Source: Trichosphaerium sp. ATCC 40318 (taxonomy: Eukaryota > Protista > Tubulinea). From it: DNA of 64,000 nucleotides. The position numbers were made by a program, and so were the translations under genes. Position 1 is the first letter of the stretch; every line of letters starts with the position of its first letter. The DNA is taken from assembly GCA_038496445.1 (NCBI GenBank), contig JALMLS010000612.1:62001-126000 (forward strand). Reading direction: 5' to 3'. The notes below the pieces were generated by a model. It did no database searches. It saw only the letters and a program-made list of their open reading frames with translations, and was not told the origin of the DNA. This document shows positions 62,277 to 64,000 of the stretch, piece by piece.

Positions 62277-62983
62277 ATGAACAGCAGAAAGGACATACTA
62301 CCTCCATACAAGTTCCATAAGATTGTAGACGCATGGCAAACACCAACAGAAGATGGTTGGCGCTGGCATCAAACTGGACAACGCCAGGTCAAGCACTATG
62401 ATAATAAGCGCATTTACTACAAGTGCGCTCGTTCTACATGCCCTGCAAAAAAATATATTCAAAGACACAACGACAATGCTCAAATGTACGTACACAAAGG
62501 CCCATTTTCGATGTTGATACAGAAAAACTCTCCTAGCTTTGGAAGTTCAGTGAGCTTTTTATTTTTTTTTGTTTTGCGGATTTTTTTCGTTTTTTTTCGT
62601 TTTTTTTACCTTTCGGGAAGCTAAGTTTCTACTACAGGCTAGTTATGTACACAAACCAACATAACCATGAAAAAGAGACATCTGGTGTTGTACCATTGTC
62701 TTTACGCCGAAGACCAGCGAATAAAACACCAAAACCGTCCAAACAGCCGACAATATACAAACACACTCATTTTAACACAACAAACTTTAAACCACGCGTT
62801 AATGTTAAACCACAATGGAAACGTAAATTGATGGTCATCACACACGTCGGAAAGTATCAAAAGCCCGCAACATCACAAGACACAACACAACTCCGACGTG
62901 TAGATGCATCTGCCAGACTATGGAGGATGAACCTTGAATTTATATGCTCCCCGAATACACCATTTCTACTTAGAAGCCAGTAA
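62277..62983 (+). CDS. Divergent WRKY-domain transcription factor (WHQTGQR variant), 2 exons
   Basis: DGWRWHQTGQRQVK...RIYYKCARSTCPAKK; intron 62486-62637 joins to LVMYTNQHNH, giving a C-x4-C-x22-H-x-H zinc finger. Confidence 0.85.
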
Positions 62984-63718
62984 ATGGCCATAGTCAGAAG
63001 ATTTACATAATTCAAGCGACTTGGCTTTTGGCCAAAAAAAAAACACTTTGTACTACTAGCAACCTCTCTTCTCCCTAAGAAGCCTTCTATATCACCTCTT
63101 TTTTTTCTACTACGGCTTCTCTCATTGGGCGGGAAGAACTGGATTTATACGATTCTCCAGAAATGTAAAATAGCTTCTTTTTTGTTCGATAACAATATTG
63201 TGGCGTTTAAATAATAAAAAAAAACATCAATATGACAAATTGCAGACTATTTTTTTTTCCGTCAAACGTTTTTTGGAACAAATCAGTTTTCTTGAGGTAG
63301 TGTGTACATTTCTTGATGTTTTGATGTGTAGTTCGTTTATTTTACATGTTTATACATCGCTTAGTACATTAGGCATTGTTATTTAGTTGATAGGAATGGA
63401 GTTTTCGGTTTAGGAGTAAACGACCGAGGGAACATTCCGGGGTTTTGAAAAAAAAAAGTTAAAATACTGCACGGAACATTTATCATTCGAACTGAGTTTG
63501 GTATTGTTCTATCTGACTTGAAGCAGATAACACAAATACCTAATAATTATTAAATAAAAGCGAATTTAGAGAAAATTGTTCGGGTTTTTGTTGGAGACAA
63601 AAAAAAAATTTAATTTCGGCAATTCTGAAACATGAAATTCTCGAGAACATTTAAAAAGTTCATCACGTTATAAAGTAGATGTTTTTACAAACATATAAAG
63701 TAATTTTAAAATTCTTAA

Positions 63719-63970
63719 TTATCGTAGAAATAATAAATCCAAAAAACAAAAAAAAAAAAAGTCGGCAAAAAAACGAAAGAAAATCTTGACGCTAATCACC
63801 TTATCTGTTGTTTCAATTATCGTATCAGGTAGAGGGCACGTATATACATACCTACCCTGGGTATTACCCGATTTACTTCTTTGTAAAGCGAGCGGAAGAA
63901 TGTCATCCGAAAGAAGTCCTTCTACAAGCGAAGAAAACGTCTCATTTATAAACTCTATTGGAATAGGCAA
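63719..63970 (-). CDS. Probable 3' exon of a gene entering from beyond the right edge
   Basis: Open frame starting just after a branch/acceptor-like ctgataaaagttttag; no domain recognised. Confidence 0.35.
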   Translation of the reverse strand: MPIPIEFINETFSSLVEGLLSDDILPLALQRSKSGNTQGRYVYTCPLPDTIIETTDKVISVKIFFRFFADFFFFCFLDLLFLR

Positions 63971-64000
63971 CTAAAACTTTATCAGTCCTGTTTTCTATAT

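Noticed and set aside
1-64000. rRNA, tRNA, CRISPR arrays, telomeric repeats, alternative genetic code
   Set aside because: None seen; stops inside genes are explained by introns, and the long intronless ORFs read with the standard code.

Overview
Gene-dense, AT-rich eukaryotic nuclear DNA with many short (mostly 40-150 nt) spliceosomal introns and the standard genetic code. The gene content (myosin V-like, WASP-like, WRKY, receptor Tyr kinase, bacterial-type hydrolases) suggests a phagotrophic amoeboid protist, probably Amoebozoa (inference). About 25 protein genes could be reconstructed by joining exons by eye, so internal boundaries are approximate. They include a 2OG-Fe(II) oxygenase with a repeated-motif tail, an intronless HSP70, a myosin V-like motor, a repeat-plus-nuclease protein, a frameshifted gamma-glutamyl hydrolase, a CH-ANK-DH-PH-PH-GTPase fusion, an F-box protein, an FCP1-like HAD protein, an EF-hand-like protein, TGS1, a pseudokinase-Tpx fusion, an AmiD-like amidase, an FGase-like hydrolase, Kelch and LYR proteins, EgtB, a myristoylation-type Rab, an NCS/SH3-WASP, a receptor Tyr kinase, a GH27 enzyme, WDR83 and a divergent WRKY factor. 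A 5'-truncated RNase H-containing non-LTR retrotransposon has a 7-bp TSD. Two non-coding hairpin loci are candidate ncRNAs. The most unusual items are the oxygenase fused to conserved RTGIPPTK repeats (possible self-modifying peptide precursor), the calcium-sensor WASP, the pseudokinase-thiol peroxidase fusion and the GEF-like/GTPase fusion. No rRNA, tRNA or CRISPR was recognised. No database searches were run.
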